Notes: generated by a model from the sequence alone, not told the origin. A stretch of 64,000 bases of DNA from Candidatus Eisenbergiella merdigallinarum (GCA_019119355.1 DWXE01000010.1:77238-141237); one strand, 5' to 3'. Positions 1 through 10,326 are shown, counted from the first letter of the stretch. Numbers and translations: made by a program.

Positions 1-173
1 TAAACGGCTTCGCCACGGCGCTGGGCTTTACGGTTTCCATCATCATTCTGGCCGGAATCCGCGAAAAAATGGCGTATAACGATATCCCGGAATCCTTCCG
101 CGGCATGCCCATCGTCCTGGTGACGGCAGGGCTCATGGCCATCGCGTTCTGCGGATTTTCCGGATTGCTTTAG
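1..173 (+). CDS. rnfA: Rnf electron transport complex subunit A, C-terminal part (truncated by window start)
   Basis: Frame from nt 3 reads ...GFTVSIIILAGIREKMAYNDIPESFRGMPIVLVTAGLMAIAFCGFSGLL*, the typical RnfA C-terminus; directly upstream of rnfB. Confidence 0.9.
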   Translation, partial: NGFATALGFTVSIIILAGIREKMAYNDIPESFRGMPIVLVTAGLMAIAFCGFSGLL

Positions 174-185
174 GAGGTGGCGCTT

Positions 186-983
186 ATGCTCTCAGGAATC
201 TTGATCGCCACGGGAGTCGTCGGAGCGACGGGGCTGCTCATCGGCCTCTTCCTCGGCGCTGCCGGCATCAAATTTAAAGTGGAAACGGATGAGCGGGAGG
301 AGGCCGTGCTGGAAGCGCTTCCCGGGAATAACTGCGGCGGATGCGGATATGCGGGGTGCTCCAATCTGGCGGCGGCCATCGTCGGGGGAGGGGCGCCCAC
401 AAACGCCTGTCCCGTGGGCGGGGAGGCCGTGGCCGGAAAGATCGCGGCCATCATGGGCGTGAAAGAAGAGGCCAGCGTTCGCAGGGTCGCATTCGTAGCC
501 TGCCAGGGGACCTGTGAAAAGACTGCGGCGGATTATGAATATACGGGAATCGAGGACTGCAGGATGCTGTCCTTCGTGCCAAACGGCGGGGCGAAGACCT
601 GCGATTACGGCTGCCTCGGATTCGGAAGCTGCGTAAAGGTCTGCCCCTTTGACGCCATCCATGTGGCCGACGGCGTGGCGCAGGTGGACCCGGAAGCCTG
701 CAAGGCCTGCAGAAAGTGCGTGGATGTATGTCCGAAGCATCTGATTTCGCTGGTTCCTTACGGCGCGCAGTATCTGGTGGCCTGCAGCTCAAAGGATCGC
801 GGGCCCGTGACCATGAAGGGCTGTTCGGCGGGCTGCATCGGCTGCGGCATTTGCCAGAAAAACTGCCCGGCAGGAGCGGTGAAGGTAGAGGATTTCTGCG
901 CTGCCATCGATCCGCTGAAATGTACCGGCTGCGGCGCCTGTGAACAGAAATGCCCGAAAAAGGTCATCGTGAAGCGGGCGTGA
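186..983 (+). CDS. rnfB: Rnf complex subunit B (polyferredoxin)
   Basis: N-terminal TM helix, LPGNNCGGCGYAGC motif, several CxxCxxCxxxCP motifs; AGGAGG SD at 172-177 favours ATG 186. Confidence 0.93.
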   Translation: MLSGILIATGVVGATGLLIGLFLGAAGIKFKVETDEREEAVLEALPGNNCGGCGYAGCSNLAAAIVGGGAPTNACPVGGEAVAGKIAAIMGVKEEASVRRVAFVACQGTCEKTAADYEYTGIEDCRMLSFVPNGGAKTCDYGCLGFGSCVKVCPFDAIHVADGVAQVDPEACKACRKCVDVCPKHLISLVPYGAQYLVACSSKDRGPVTMKGCSAGCIGCGICQKNCPAGAVKVEDFCAAIDPLKCTGCGACEQKCPKKVIVKRA

Positions 984-1026
984 TGTCCCGGCACGGTTTT
1001 AAGTCGGAGAAAAGAGGGAAAAGAAT

Positions 1027-2049
1027 ATGGATACGGTTACGCTTGGAAAAACGGGGATCGTGACGAATAAAAACGGTTTCGGGGCTCTGCCGGTGCAGAG
1101 GGTGGACGATGAAACGGCTGTGCGCCTGCTGCGCAGAGCCTATGAGAGAGGAATGACCTTTTTCGACACCGCCCGGCTCTATACGGACAGCGAGCACAAG
1201 CTGGGGCTGGCCTTCGAAGGGATGCGGGATAAAATCTTCATCGCTTCCAAGACGGGTTCCTTTACGCCGGAAGGCTTTTGGAAGGATCTGGAGACCACGC
1301 TCTCCAACCTGAAGACGGATTATCTGGACCTGTATCAGTTCCACAATCCGGAGTTCTGCCCGAAACCCGGGGACGGAAGCGGGATGTACGAATGCATGAT
1401 CGAGGCGAAGGCGCAGGGCAAAATCCGCCATATCGGGATCACGAATCACAGGCTGTCCGTGGCCGCGGAGGCGGTGGAGAGCGGCCTGTACGAGACGCTG
1501 CAGTTCCCGTTTTCCTATCTGGCCAGCCGGGAAGACCTGGATCTGGTTCAGAAGTGCGGGGAAGCGGGCATGGGATTTATCGCCATGAAGGGGCTGTCCG
1601 GGGGTCTGATCAACAATTCCGCGGCCGCCTACGCCTTCATGGCCCAGTATGATAATGTCCTGCCCATCTGGGGGATCCAGAGGGAAACGGAGCTGGAAGA
1701 GTTTTTGTCCTATATCGAAAACCCTCCGGCGATGACGCCGGAGATCGCGGCCGTGATCGAAAAGGACAGAAAGGAGCTGCAGGGAGAGTTCTGCAGGGGC
1801 TGCGGCTACTGCATGCCCTGTCCGGCGGGAATCGAGATCAACGCCTGCGCCAGGATGTCGCTGATGATCCGCAGGGCCCCTTCCGCGGCGCAGCTGACGC
1901 CCGAGATGCAGGAGAAGATGATGCGGATCGAGAACTGTCTGCACTGCGGCAGATGCGTCAGCAAATGCCCCTATCATCTGGATACCCCGGCGCTTTTGCA
2001 GAAGAATCTGAAGGACTATCGGGAAATCCTGGCGGGCAAACCGGTCTGA
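1027..2049 (+). CDS. Aldo/keto reductase with C-terminal 4Fe-4S dicluster domain
   Basis: GFGALP, FFDTARLY, DYLDLYQFH and IRHIGIT motifs; CRGCGYCMPCP and CLHCGRCVSKCP. Confidence 0.9.
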   Translation: MDTVTLGKTGIVTNKNGFGALPVQRVDDETAVRLLRRAYERGMTFFDTARLYTDSEHKLGLAFEGMRDKIFIASKTGSFTPEGFWKDLETTLSNLKTDYLDLYQFHNPEFCPKPGDGSGMYECMIEAKAQGKIRHIGITNHRLSVAAEAVESGLYETLQFPFSYLASREDLDLVQKCGEAGMGFIAMKGLSGGLINNSAAAYAFMAQYDNVLPIWGIQRETELEEFLSYIENPPAMTPEIAAVIEKDRKELQGEFCRGCGYCMPCPAGIEINACARMSLMIRRAPSAAQLTPEMQEKMMRIENCLHCGRCVSKCPYHLDTPALLQKNLKDYREILAGKPV

Positions 2050-2150
2050 GTTTTCGCCAGGCCAAATCTCCCGGGGCGCCGGCCGAATGGAGGAGCAGGC
2101 GCGTCCGACTGGCCCGCTGCCCCGGGAATCAAAGGAGAGGAGGAATCGGA

Positions 2151-2915
2151 ATGAAACGGATGAGAAAGTATGCGGCAGTCTGGATGAGCGCGGTCCTTCT
2201 GGCGTTTGGTTGTCCGGCGAAGGCACAGGCGGCGGAAACCGTGGCTCCCTTTACCGCGGATCAGCTGATGGCCGTGGTGAACGTGCAGTGCGGGAATATC
2301 AGCAGCGTTCGCCAGACCATTACGGAAAACGTTCAGGTTTTGGATACGGTCAATCAGAGCACCGCGATCATGAGCATGACAGGGCAGGTGGTGGAGAACG
2401 ATACGGTCAGCCATTCCGTGATCTCTACGACCATGTCCGTCGGGATGGCGGGCGCCTCCCTGTTGACCGCCTCTACGACGGAAGAAAGCTATACGGCGGT
2501 GGAAAACGGCGTTTTGACCACTTGGCAGAAGGATTCGGCCACGGGAGCGTGGAGCGTCGTCCGGACGCAGGCCTCTCAGGATCGGACGAACTCCGCTGAA
2601 AACGACTGGACCCTGAGCGGAATCAGCGCGGCCGGGGCGCCCGTGATTGCGGACGGCCAGGTTTACCGGTTTTCTGGCACGCTGGACGCCTCCACCATGT
2701 CGGAATTCGAGGAGATCCTGGAGTCCTCCGGAATTGCAGCGGAGGGCGCCTTCCCCGTGGTGGTGGAAGTGGATGCGGCCACCTTTTATCCCAGAAGCAT
2801 CGTCATGGGGATGCCGAACCTGACGGTCCCCGGGATGCCGGGGATGACCGCAAATGCGACGGCCGCCATCGTTTACGACGGATTTAACCAGTTCGACGTC
2901 ATCCCCCTTCCGTGA
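2151..2915 (+). CDS. Secreted hypothetical protein, beta-rich (possibly LolA/LppX-like, DUF6612-like)
   Basis: SD AGGAGG before ATG 2151; signal peptide ending AKAQAA; Thr/Ser/Val-rich strands; ends YDGFNQFDVIPLP. Confidence 0.6.
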   Translation: MKRMRKYAAVWMSAVLLAFGCPAKAQAAETVAPFTADQLMAVVNVQCGNISSVRQTITENVQVLDTVNQSTAIMSMTGQVVENDTVSHSVISTTMSVGMAGASLLTASTTEESYTAVENGVLTTWQKDSATGAWSVVRTQASQDRTNSAENDWTLSGISAAGAPVIADGQVYRFSGTLDASTMSEFEEILESSGIAAEGAFPVVVEVDAATFYPRSIVMGMPNLTVPGMPGMTANATAAIVYDGFNQFDVIPLP

Positions 2916-3147
2916 GCCGGATGTGGGACATGAAAGACGCCGCAGGCGCAGGTCCATGGCGGAACAGAGGAAGTCATAATGGTATGCGTGCATTCAATTG
3001 CTTTACGGAAAACAGGAGTTGTACCTGAAACAGCGGCCTTCGCGGGATAACCTGCGGAGGCTTTTCCATGCGCCAAAGAAGGCGGAAGACGCGGCGCATT
3101 ACAACGGGCTCCTCTTTCCGGGGCAGAAAGATCCGGCGGATGCGCGG

Positions 3148-4179
3148 TCAGGAAGCGGGAAATCCCTCCGTCTGAAGAACGGACCCGTCCTCCAGGACGA
3201 AGAGAGCCTCCGCGTCGGGAATGGATTCCATCAGGTCCAGCCCGGCATCTGCGCCCAGCAGGAAGCAGGCGGTGCTCAGGGCATCCCCCTGCGCGGAGGA
3301 GTCGGAAAGGATCGTCACCTGAGCCAGGTTCGTCCTCGCCGGATAGCCGGTAAAGGGGTTGAGGATGTGATGATACCAGATCCCGTTTTCCTCGAAGCCC
3401 CGTTCGTAGGTGCCGGAGGAGACCAGGGAGCGATCGTCGAGGGAGAGGACGCGAAGGGCGTCATAGCGGGATCCGAAGGGCCTGCGGATCCCCACCGAAA
3501 ATCCGTCCGCCCCGGGCTTTGCGCCCACGGCCAGCACGTTTCCGCCCAGGTCGATGAGGGCGGAAGAGAGCCCTTCCTGCAAAAAGAGCTCTTTTAGCCG
3601 GTCCGCGATATAGCCTTTGGCGATGAAGCCCAGATCCAGCTGCGCCTTCGGATCTTTCAGACGGACGGTATTGCCCTCCACGATCACGGAGGTGTAATCC
3701 ACATGGGCGAGGAGCTCCGAAATGGCGGAATCCTCCGGCACCGGCCCCGCCGGGGAGCCGGTGAAATTCCAGAGATCCTCCAGCGGGGCGATGGTGGGAT
3801 CGATGAGCCCTCCGGTGAGGCTGGCATAGTCCAGCGCCCGGGAGATGAGCGCCGCCGTCTCTTCGTCCACCTCCACCGCCTGTCCGGCGGCGTGGTTGAT
3901 CTTCCAGAGATCGCTGCCCTCCTTCGTGCGGCTCAGCAGGTTTTCATAGCGCTCGCACAGTTCGATCCCCCTGTCCAGGGCGGTCTCCGCCCGTTTCCCG
4001 TATCCGGTGAGAACGACGGCCGTGTCGAAATAAAATCCGCTTCTGGATACGGCGGCGTCCTGGCGGCGGGAAGAGAAGAGCAGAAAACCGGCCAGAAAGA
4101 GGAGAAGCAGGGCGGTGAGCGCTCTCAGGGCGAGCGTTCTCTGATGGAATTTTGGAGCCTGTGGGGATCGAAACGTCAA
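3148..4179 (-). CDS. apbE: FAD:protein FMN transferase ApbE
   Basis: DPTIAPL, LDLGFIAKGYIAD, SSGTYER, YHHILNP, GDALSTA motifs; TTG start at 4179 preceded by AGGAGG (the ORF track over-extends to 4932). Confidence 0.92.
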   Translation of the reverse strand: MTFRSPQAPKFHQRTLALRALTALLLLFLAGFLLFSSRRQDAAVSRSGFYFDTAVVLTGYGKRAETALDRGIELCERYENLLSRTKEGSDLWKINHAAGQAVEVDEETAALISRALDYASLTGGLIDPTIAPLEDLWNFTGSPAGPVPEDSAISELLAHVDYTSVIVEGNTVRLKDPKAQLDLGFIAKGYIADRLKELFLQEGLSSALIDLGGNVLAVGAKPGADGFSVGIRRPFGSRYDALRVLSLDDRSLVSSGTYERGFEENGIWYHHILNPFTGYPARTNLAQVTILSDSSAQGDALSTACFLLGADAGLDLMESIPDAEALFVLEDGSVLQTEGFPAS

Positions 4180-4329
4180 GTCTGTGCCTCCTGCATTTTT
4201 TCCGTATTGTATCACAGTTTTTCCGGGCCTGTCCAAAAAATCGGAATTTTTTTCGGACGTGCCGTATAAAATGATATCAGTCGGCGGTGCGATCTGCCGG
4301 CGGAAAACGGTTTTGCGGAGGGAAGGACG

Positions 4330-4977
4330 ATGAAGCATACAGATCAAAAACGCGCCCTCTGTCTGCTGCTCTATTCTCTGACGGCAGCGGCGGCGTGGCT
4401 GTGCGTGCGGGGAGTGGAGCTGGAAAAATACGCGGCCGCCAGCGCCTTTGACCCAAAACCCATCGAGAGCGTGGAAGCGCTGCTGGATTACGAACGGCAA
4501 AAGGAGAGCGCTTCGGCGGAGCGCGCCGGCGTCAGGCAGCCGGTCATCGACGTTAGCCTGCTGGAGAAGGACCGGATTTATGAAATCAGCGGAGAGGACT
4601 ACGAGACGCTTTTGAAAATCGTGGAAGCGGAGGCGGGATCGGAAGACGAAGAGGGAAAGCTCCTGGTGGCGAACGTGGTTTTGAACCGGGTGAAGAGCGA
4701 CGACTTTCCGGATACGGTGACGGAAGTGGTCTATCAGAGGGACGGGGGCGTGGCGCAGTTTTCCCCCGCAGCGGACGGGAGCCTGTCGGAGGTGGAAGCC
4801 GGCGCGGTCAGCCGGGAGACCGTTTCCGCCGTTTGCCGTGCCCTGCAGGGGGAAGATAATTCCCGGGGAGCCCTTTACTTCGCGGCCAGGAGCGCGGCGG
4901 ATGCGGAGAACATGCGCTGGTTCGACACCCATCTGACCCGGCTATTCGCCTACGGCGGACATGAGTTTTTCTCATAA
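4330..4977 (+). CDS. SleB/Hydrolase_2-family cell wall hydrolase
   Basis: IVEAEAG...GKLLVANVVLNRV...FPDTVTEVVYQ...QFSP...GALYF...GGHEFF. Confidence 0.88.
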   Translation: MKHTDQKRALCLLLYSLTAAAAWLCVRGVELEKYAAASAFDPKPIESVEALLDYERQKESASAERAGVRQPVIDVSLLEKDRIYEISGEDYETLLKIVEAEAGSEDEEGKLLVANVVLNRVKSDDFPDTVTEVVYQRDGGVAQFSPAADGSLSEVEAGAVSRETVSAVCRALQGEDNSRGALYFAARSAADAENMRWFDTHLTRLFAYGGHEFFS

Positions 4978-5071
4978 GGACAAAAAGTGGGAAAAGGTAT
5001 TGTGCCGGGCACTTCACTGTGATAAAATGAATTTCGATCTGTTTGAATCATAAAGAAAAAGAGGGAAGAAG

Positions 5072-6565
5072 ATGGAGATTTTATACAAAAGCACGCGGGG
5101 AAGCGAAGAGAGGGTGACCGCGTCCCGGGCGATTCTGCAGGGGCTGGCGGAAGACGGAGGGCTGTTCGTGCCGGAGCGCCTTCCCGCGCTGGACAAAACG
5201 CCGGAACAATTCGCGCAGATGACCTATCAGGAGACGGCCTATGAGGTGATGAAGCTCCTTTTGACGGACTTTACGCAGGAGGAGCTCAAAGGCTGCATCA
5301 AAAAAGCATACGGGGATTCGTTCGATACCGACTCCATCGCGCCCCTGGCGGAAGCGGAGGGCGTCTGGTTCCTGGAGCTGTTCCACGGCAGGACCATCGC
5401 CTTTAAGGACATGGCCCTTTCCATCCTGCCCCATCTGATGACGACGGCGGCCAGGAAGAACCGGGTCGAGAACGAGATCGTGATCCTCACCGCCACCTCC
5501 GGGGATACGGGGAAGGCCGCGCTGGCGGGATTTTCAGGGGTGGAAGGGACTAGGATCCTGGTTTTTTATCCCAAAAACGGCGTCAGCCCCATCCAGGAAC
5601 GGCAGATGGTGACGCAGGAGGGGGCGAACACCCGCGTGGTGGGCATTCACGGCAATTTTGACGACGCCCAGACCGGGGTGAAGCGCCTGTTTGCGGACCG
5701 GGAACTGGCGCGGAGAATGCAGGAGAAGGGATTTCAGTTCTCCTCCGCCAACTCCATCAACATCGGCCGCCTCGTCCCCCAGATCGTCTACTATGTGTAC
5801 GCGTATGCGCAGCTGCTGAAGGAGGGGCGGATCCGGGCCGGAGAAGAGATCAACGTGGTGGTTCCCACGGGAAATTTCGGAAATATCCTGGCGGCTTTTT
5901 ATGCCAAGAACATGGGGCTTCCCATCGGGAAGCTGATCTGCGCGTCCAACGATAACCGGGTGCTGTACGATTTCCTGACGACGGGCGTGTACGACCGCAA
6001 CCGGGAATTTTATCTGACCACATCCCCTTCCATGGATATCCTCGTTTCCAGCAACCTGGAGCGGCTTTTGTACCGCATCGCGGGAGAAAACCCGCAGCAG
6101 GACGCCCTGCTGATGGAGCGGCTGGCGAAGGACGGGAAATATGAGATCACGGATGAGATGCGCCGGGGGCTGAAGGACTTCTGGGGCGGATACGCCGCGC
6201 AGGAGCGGGGAGCGGAAAAGATCCGGTCGCTCTATGAGGATACCGGATATGTGATCGACCCTCACACCGCCGTGGCCGCTGCTGTATATGACGAATACCG
6301 GGAAAAGACGCAGGACGGGACGAAAACGGTGATCGCCTCCACGGCCAGCCCGTTTAAATTCACCAGAAGCGTGATGACCGCCATCGATTCCAGATATGGG
6401 GAGATGGACGATTTCGAGCTGGTGGACGAGTTGTCCAGAATCAGCTGCGTTCCCGTGCCCCGGGCCATCGAAGAGATCCGAACGGCGCCGGTGCTGCATC
6501 GGACGGAATGCGGGAAAGACGGGATGAAGGAAGCGGTGGAAGCGTTTCTGGGCCTGGAGGGCTGA
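5072..6565 (+). CDS. thrC: Threonine synthase
   Basis: YKSTRG, GLAEDGGLF, LELFHGRTIAFKD (PLP Lys), ATSGDTG, NSINIGRL, PTGNFGN. Confidence 0.96.
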   Translation: MEILYKSTRGSEERVTASRAILQGLAEDGGLFVPERLPALDKTPEQFAQMTYQETAYEVMKLLLTDFTQEELKGCIKKAYGDSFDTDSIAPLAEAEGVWFLELFHGRTIAFKDMALSILPHLMTTAARKNRVENEIVILTATSGDTGKAALAGFSGVEGTRILVFYPKNGVSPIQERQMVTQEGANTRVVGIHGNFDDAQTGVKRLFADRELARRMQEKGFQFSSANSINIGRLVPQIVYYVYAYAQLLKEGRIRAGEEINVVVPTGNFGNILAAFYAKNMGLPIGKLICASNDNRVLYDFLTTGVYDRNREFYLTTSPSMDILVSSNLERLLYRIAGENPQQDALLMERLAKDGKYEITDEMRRGLKDFWGGYAAQERGAEKIRSLYEDTGYVIDPHTAVAAAVYDEYREKTQDGTKTVIASTASPFKFTRSVMTAIDSRYGEMDDFELVDELSRISCVPVPRAIEEIRTAPVLHRTECGKDGMKEAVEAFLGLEG

Positions 6566-6608
6566 AGCGTTTTTGCGGAGGTTCGAATAATTTGCACAAT
6601 ACAAACGG

Positions 6609-6632
6609 AAGGCGGTATGCAGGTACCGCCTT
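6609..6632. terminator. Hairpin between convergent thrC and the PHP-family gene
   Basis: AAGGCGGTA...TACCGCCTT inverted repeat. Confidence 0.55.
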
Positions 6633-6685
6633 CCGCTTTGAATTTTCAGGGGGATTGAAGTCCCTGCGACTGAAATGACTCGCAT

Positions 6686-8791
6686 CTACAGGATCAGATT
6701 GAGCCAGGCCTTTTCTCCATCCTCCTGGGTTACCTTAAGATAGTAATATTCGGCGGCATCTTCCGTCGCCCTCATCCGGGGAATCGAATCTTCGATCACG
6801 CATCCCGGGGTTTTCCCGTCGCCGGGATAGAGGCGGCAGCGTCCCCGGTTGCCGATGAGCTCCACGCCGCTTAAGGGCGCGGTGCCGCCGGCCGCGCAGA
6901 AGAGGCGGAGCGAATCGCCTTCCGGCACGAGACGGGCCTTCAGCAGGATCCGTTCGCCGGTGGTGGCGTAGGCCGCATAGTCCCGGATGGCATCGAATAC
7001 ATTCCCGCGCGTGAGCGAAGGGGCATAAACTGCGGTGAGGCCTTCCCGGAAACAGAGCATTTTGTATTTGGAGTGGAGCCCTGTCTGCCCGGGCATTCCG
7101 TGATGGCTGTCGGCGCCGCCCAGGAATGCGAACCGTTTGCCCTGGGCCAGGTAATGGAGAAAACCGGGAATATCCGGACGGCAGGCGGTGGTTTCTTCCG
7201 AATACCCCCACATGGAGTAAATTTCCACGGCCCGCTGCAGCCGCCCGTCGTACTCCTCCCAGAGAAAGCCATGGGAAAGGTGAGGGAGTATCAGAACGTC
7301 CGGACGTCCCTCAAATTGCCGCAGGATATCCTTCTGATGAGGGCACTGGGGGTATTCGTGGAGCAGGGAGATAAAGCCGGGATAGATTTCACAATTCTGA
7401 TCCGAACGGAAGTAGACGTTCATATGCCCCGCTCCCTGGTCCATCCACTCGTAGCCCACCAGGGTGGCGTAGGCTCCGGGCTCATTGTAGACGTTGCACA
7501 GCTCGGTGAGGCGGGCAAGCCGTCCGAAGGAATGGTTGCGGGGATGCTCGATCAGCTCCCAGTCGTGGTCGCTGAGGGCGCAGAAATCCAGGAGCCCCGC
7601 TTCTTTTCCGTAGGAAAAATAATCCTCCATGGAAAAAGTGCCGTCGGACACCTGGCTGTGAGCGTGGAGCTGACCGTAGTACAGCTTTTGATCGTTGTCG
7701 GAGGAGATGTAGAGGGAAAGGCGTTCCGTCTTCAGGCCGGGGCAGGAGGCCTCCAGCACGTACAGACCTTCCTCCCATCCTCCGTCCTTCGCCGTCCAGA
7801 CCGCCGTCCCCCGGCCGTCCGCAACCCGGATCTTCTGCAGCAGCGCATTTTGGCGGGAAGAGACGGGGAAGAGGGAAAGGGAAATCTCTCCGCAAAAGGG
7901 GGTCGGATTGTACCAGTCGTCCAGAGTCAGCAGCCGAAGGGAGAGAGCCTCGTCGGGGCGGCACAGCTGCTGGGCGGCCAGCCGGATCCTGGCCGGCGGA
8001 CCTGCCACCACGCAGACGCGGCCGCAGCGGGAGAGGGGGATGTGGTTGAAGATCCCCTGCCCGCTGGAATCTTCCCATCCCAGGAAATAAACGGCATCCT
8101 GAGGATAGGGCTGGGACAGGATCCCGCGGCTCTGGAGGCTGGTGTGCAGCAAAAGAAAGCTGTCGCCGGGCAGGAGAGTCCCTTCGGTGACGGTGATCTC
8201 GTAGAGGGTGCCACGGAAGGAGAGCGGATAGGGCTGCTGAACGACGGAGAGCGAGGCCGTGCGGGTATCGGGAAAGAAGCGTTCCTCCACTTTGTCGCAG
8301 GGCTCGCCCCAGCAGGAGAACGGGGTGAGAATCCGGACTTTTCCCCCGGTTCGAATGGGCTCCCCGCCGACCCGGTAGGAGATGCGCATGGTCACCCGCT
8401 CCCGCACGGCCACCGTTTCGGGAGTGACTGCAATGGTTCCGGTCTCATGGAAGGACCAGCGGAAAATCCGGATCTGAAACGTCTCGCTCAGGGCGAAATC
8501 CCGGATCCGTTCCGTCACGTCCGGGAGGGGGATTTGTTTTTGCACTCCTTCCTCGCATAAGAGCAGGCAGGTATCCGGGGTTTCCTCGAGCGCCACCTCA
8601 TACTGAAAGTAGTGCATGAAGCAGAACTCGGGAAGATAGAGCCGGGAAGGATTTTTCAGCCGGAAAAGGGCCTCATCCTCATACTGGGTGATGCCGGAAA
8701 TCCCCTTGATCCAGAGCACCTCGCAGTTTTCAAAATCGACATATCCCGTCCGGGACTTCACCTGTTTGTTTTCAAATCGAAGAATGACCAT
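6686..8791 (-). CDS. DUF3604/PHP-family metallohydrolase
   Basis: GQLHAHSQVSDG, ALSDHD, GYEW, GHMNVYF, GGADSHHG, AYATTGERI, YYYLKVTQEDG; GGAGGAG SD before ATG 8791. Confidence 0.8.
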   Translation of the reverse strand: MVILRFENKQVKSRTGYVDFENCEVLWIKGISGITQYEDEALFRLKNPSRLYLPEFCFMHYFQYEVALEETPDTCLLLCEEGVQKQIPLPDVTERIRDFALSETFQIRIFRWSFHETGTIAVTPETVAVRERVTMRISYRVGGEPIRTGGKVRILTPFSCWGEPCDKVEERFFPDTRTASLSVVQQPYPLSFRGTLYEITVTEGTLLPGDSFLLLHTSLQSRGILSQPYPQDAVYFLGWEDSSGQGIFNHIPLSRCGRVCVVAGPPARIRLAAQQLCRPDEALSLRLLTLDDWYNPTPFCGEISLSLFPVSSRQNALLQKIRVADGRGTAVWTAKDGGWEEGLYVLEASCPGLKTERLSLYISSDNDQKLYYGQLHAHSQVSDGTFSMEDYFSYGKEAGLLDFCALSDHDWELIEHPRNHSFGRLARLTELCNVYNEPGAYATLVGYEWMDQGAGHMNVYFRSDQNCEIYPGFISLLHEYPQCPHQKDILRQFEGRPDVLILPHLSHGFLWEEYDGRLQRAVEIYSMWGYSEETTACRPDIPGFLHYLAQGKRFAFLGGADSHHGMPGQTGLHSKYKMLCFREGLTAVYAPSLTRGNVFDAIRDYAAYATTGERILLKARLVPEGDSLRLFCAAGGTAPLSGVELIGNRGRCRLYPGDGKTPGCVIEDSIPRMRATEDAAEYYYLKVTQEDGEKAWLNLIL

Positions 8792-8952
8792 TGAGACTCC
8801 TCCCTGAGAAATAGTTTGACACGGAATATCCTGTTTTTGCTCCGGGAAAGGGAACGGTCCCGCGGGGATGCAGGACTTCGAAAAGCCTGGACCTCGCGGG
8901 ACCGTCCCCCTTTCGGGTGAAAAGCCGGTATGGACCGCCGCATCCATACGGA

Positions 8953-10326
8953 TCAGCGGTTTTCCAGTTCCACGTAATCGCGGTCTGTGCAGAGCGTTTT
9001 GTATGCGGGACGGATGATCTTTCCGTTGGTGGCCAGCTCTTCCAGACGGTGCGCGCTCCAGCCCACCATGCGGGCGATGGCGAAGATGGGCGTATACAGC
9101 TCGATGGGCAGGCCCAGCATCTTGTAGACGAAGCCGGAGTAGAAGTCCACGTTGACGCTGACGCCCTTGTACATCTGCCGCTGTCCGGAAATCACCAGAG
9201 GAGCCAGGCGTTCCACGCTGTTGTAGAGCTCGAATTCGTCGTGCAGCCCCTTTTCTTCGGACAGCCGTTCCACGAAGCCCTTGAAGATGACCGCGCGGGG
9301 GTCGGATTTGGAATAGACCGCATGGCCCACGCCGTAGATCAGGCCGGCGTGGTCGAAGGCGTCGCGGTTGAGCAGGCGCTGCAGATAGCGGCTGATCTCC
9401 TCGTCGTCCTTCCAGTCATGCACTTCTTCCTTGATTTCCTCGAACATCTTGACCACCTTGATGTTGGCGCCGCCGTGACGGGGGCCCTTCAGGGAACCGA
9501 TGGCCGCGGCGATGACGGAGTAGGTGTCGGAGAGGGAGGAGGTGACTACGCGCGTGGTGAATGTGGAGTTGTTTCCTCCGCCGTGCTCCATATGTAAAAT
9601 GAGGGCCAGATCCAGAATTTTGGCTTCCAGAGGGGTATAGCTGCTGTCCGGCCGCAGGATGTGCAGGATGTTCTCCGCCATGGACAGGTCGTGCGCGGGC
9701 TGATGGATGTAGAGGCTGTTGCCGTCGTGATAGTGGCTGTAGGCCTGATATCCGTAAATGGAAAGCATGGGGCAGAGGCTGATCAGCTGCAGACACTGGC
9801 GCAGAACGTTGGGCAGGGAAACGTCGTCCGCCCTGTCGTCGTAGGAATACAGCGTCAAAACGCTGCGGGCCAGTGTATTCATCATATCCTTGCTGGGAGC
9901 TTTCATGATAATGTCGCGGACGAAGCTGGTCGGAAGGCTGCGATAAGAGGAGAGGAGTTCGGAGAAGGATTTCAGTTCTTCCCGATTGGGAAGTTTGTCG
10001 AACAGGAGCAGATAGGTGACTTCATCGAAGCCGAATCGGTCGTCGGCGTGAAAGCCTTTGACGAGATCCTCCACATTATAACCTCTGTAAAACAGTTTGC
10101 CGTGGGCCGGTACGGATTTGCCGTCCACCACTTTGGTCGCCCGGACGTCGGAGATGTTGGTCAAACCGGCCAGGACCCCTTTTCCGTTCAAGTCCCTCAG
10201 GCCCCGTTTGACATCGTATTTTGTATACAGCTCAGGATCCAGGCTTCCGGCCTGTTCGCTCAGACGGGCCAGCCTGAGAATTTCCGGCGTGATGTCGGAA
10301 AAGCTGTTGGATGTTTGCAGTTCCAT
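8953..10326 (-). CDS. gltA: Citrate synthase (Si-type family)
   Basis: LFYRGY, HMEHGGGNNST, GPRHGGAN, GVGHAVY, NVDFYSG, FAIARMVGWSAH. Confidence 0.93.
   Translation of the reverse strand: MELQTSNSFSDITPEILRLARLSEQAGSLDPELYTKYDVKRGLRDLNGKGVLAGLTNISDVRATKVVDGKSVPAHGKLFYRGYNVEDLVKGFHADDRFGFDEVTYLLLFDKLPNREELKSFSELLSSYRSLPTSFVRDIIMKAPSKDMMNTLARSVLTLYSYDDRADDVSLPNVLRQCLQLISLCPMLSIYGYQAYSHYHDGNSLYIHQPAHDLSMAENILHILRPDSSYTPLEAKILDLALILHMEHGGGNNSTFTTRVVTSSLSDTYSVIAAAIGSLKGPRHGGANIKVVKMFEEIKEEVHDWKDDEEISRYLQRLLNRDAFDHAGLIYGVGHAVYSKSDPRAVIFKGFVERLSEEKGLHDEFELYNSVERLAPLVISGQRQMYKGVSVNVDFYSGFVYKMLGLPIELYTPIFAIARMVGWSAHRLEELATNGKIIRPAYKTLCTDRDYVELENR

Noticed and set aside
2916-3147. Possible ncRNA between convergent genes
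   Set aside because: Only one clear hairpin (GCCTTCGCGGG/CCTGCGGAGGC) and no promoter or known motif; probably a terminator region
4180-4932. Apparent 250-aa N-terminal extension or fusion on ApbE
   Set aside because: It overlaps the SleB-type gene in antisense; a TTG with AGGAGG at 4179 gives a normal-length ApbE
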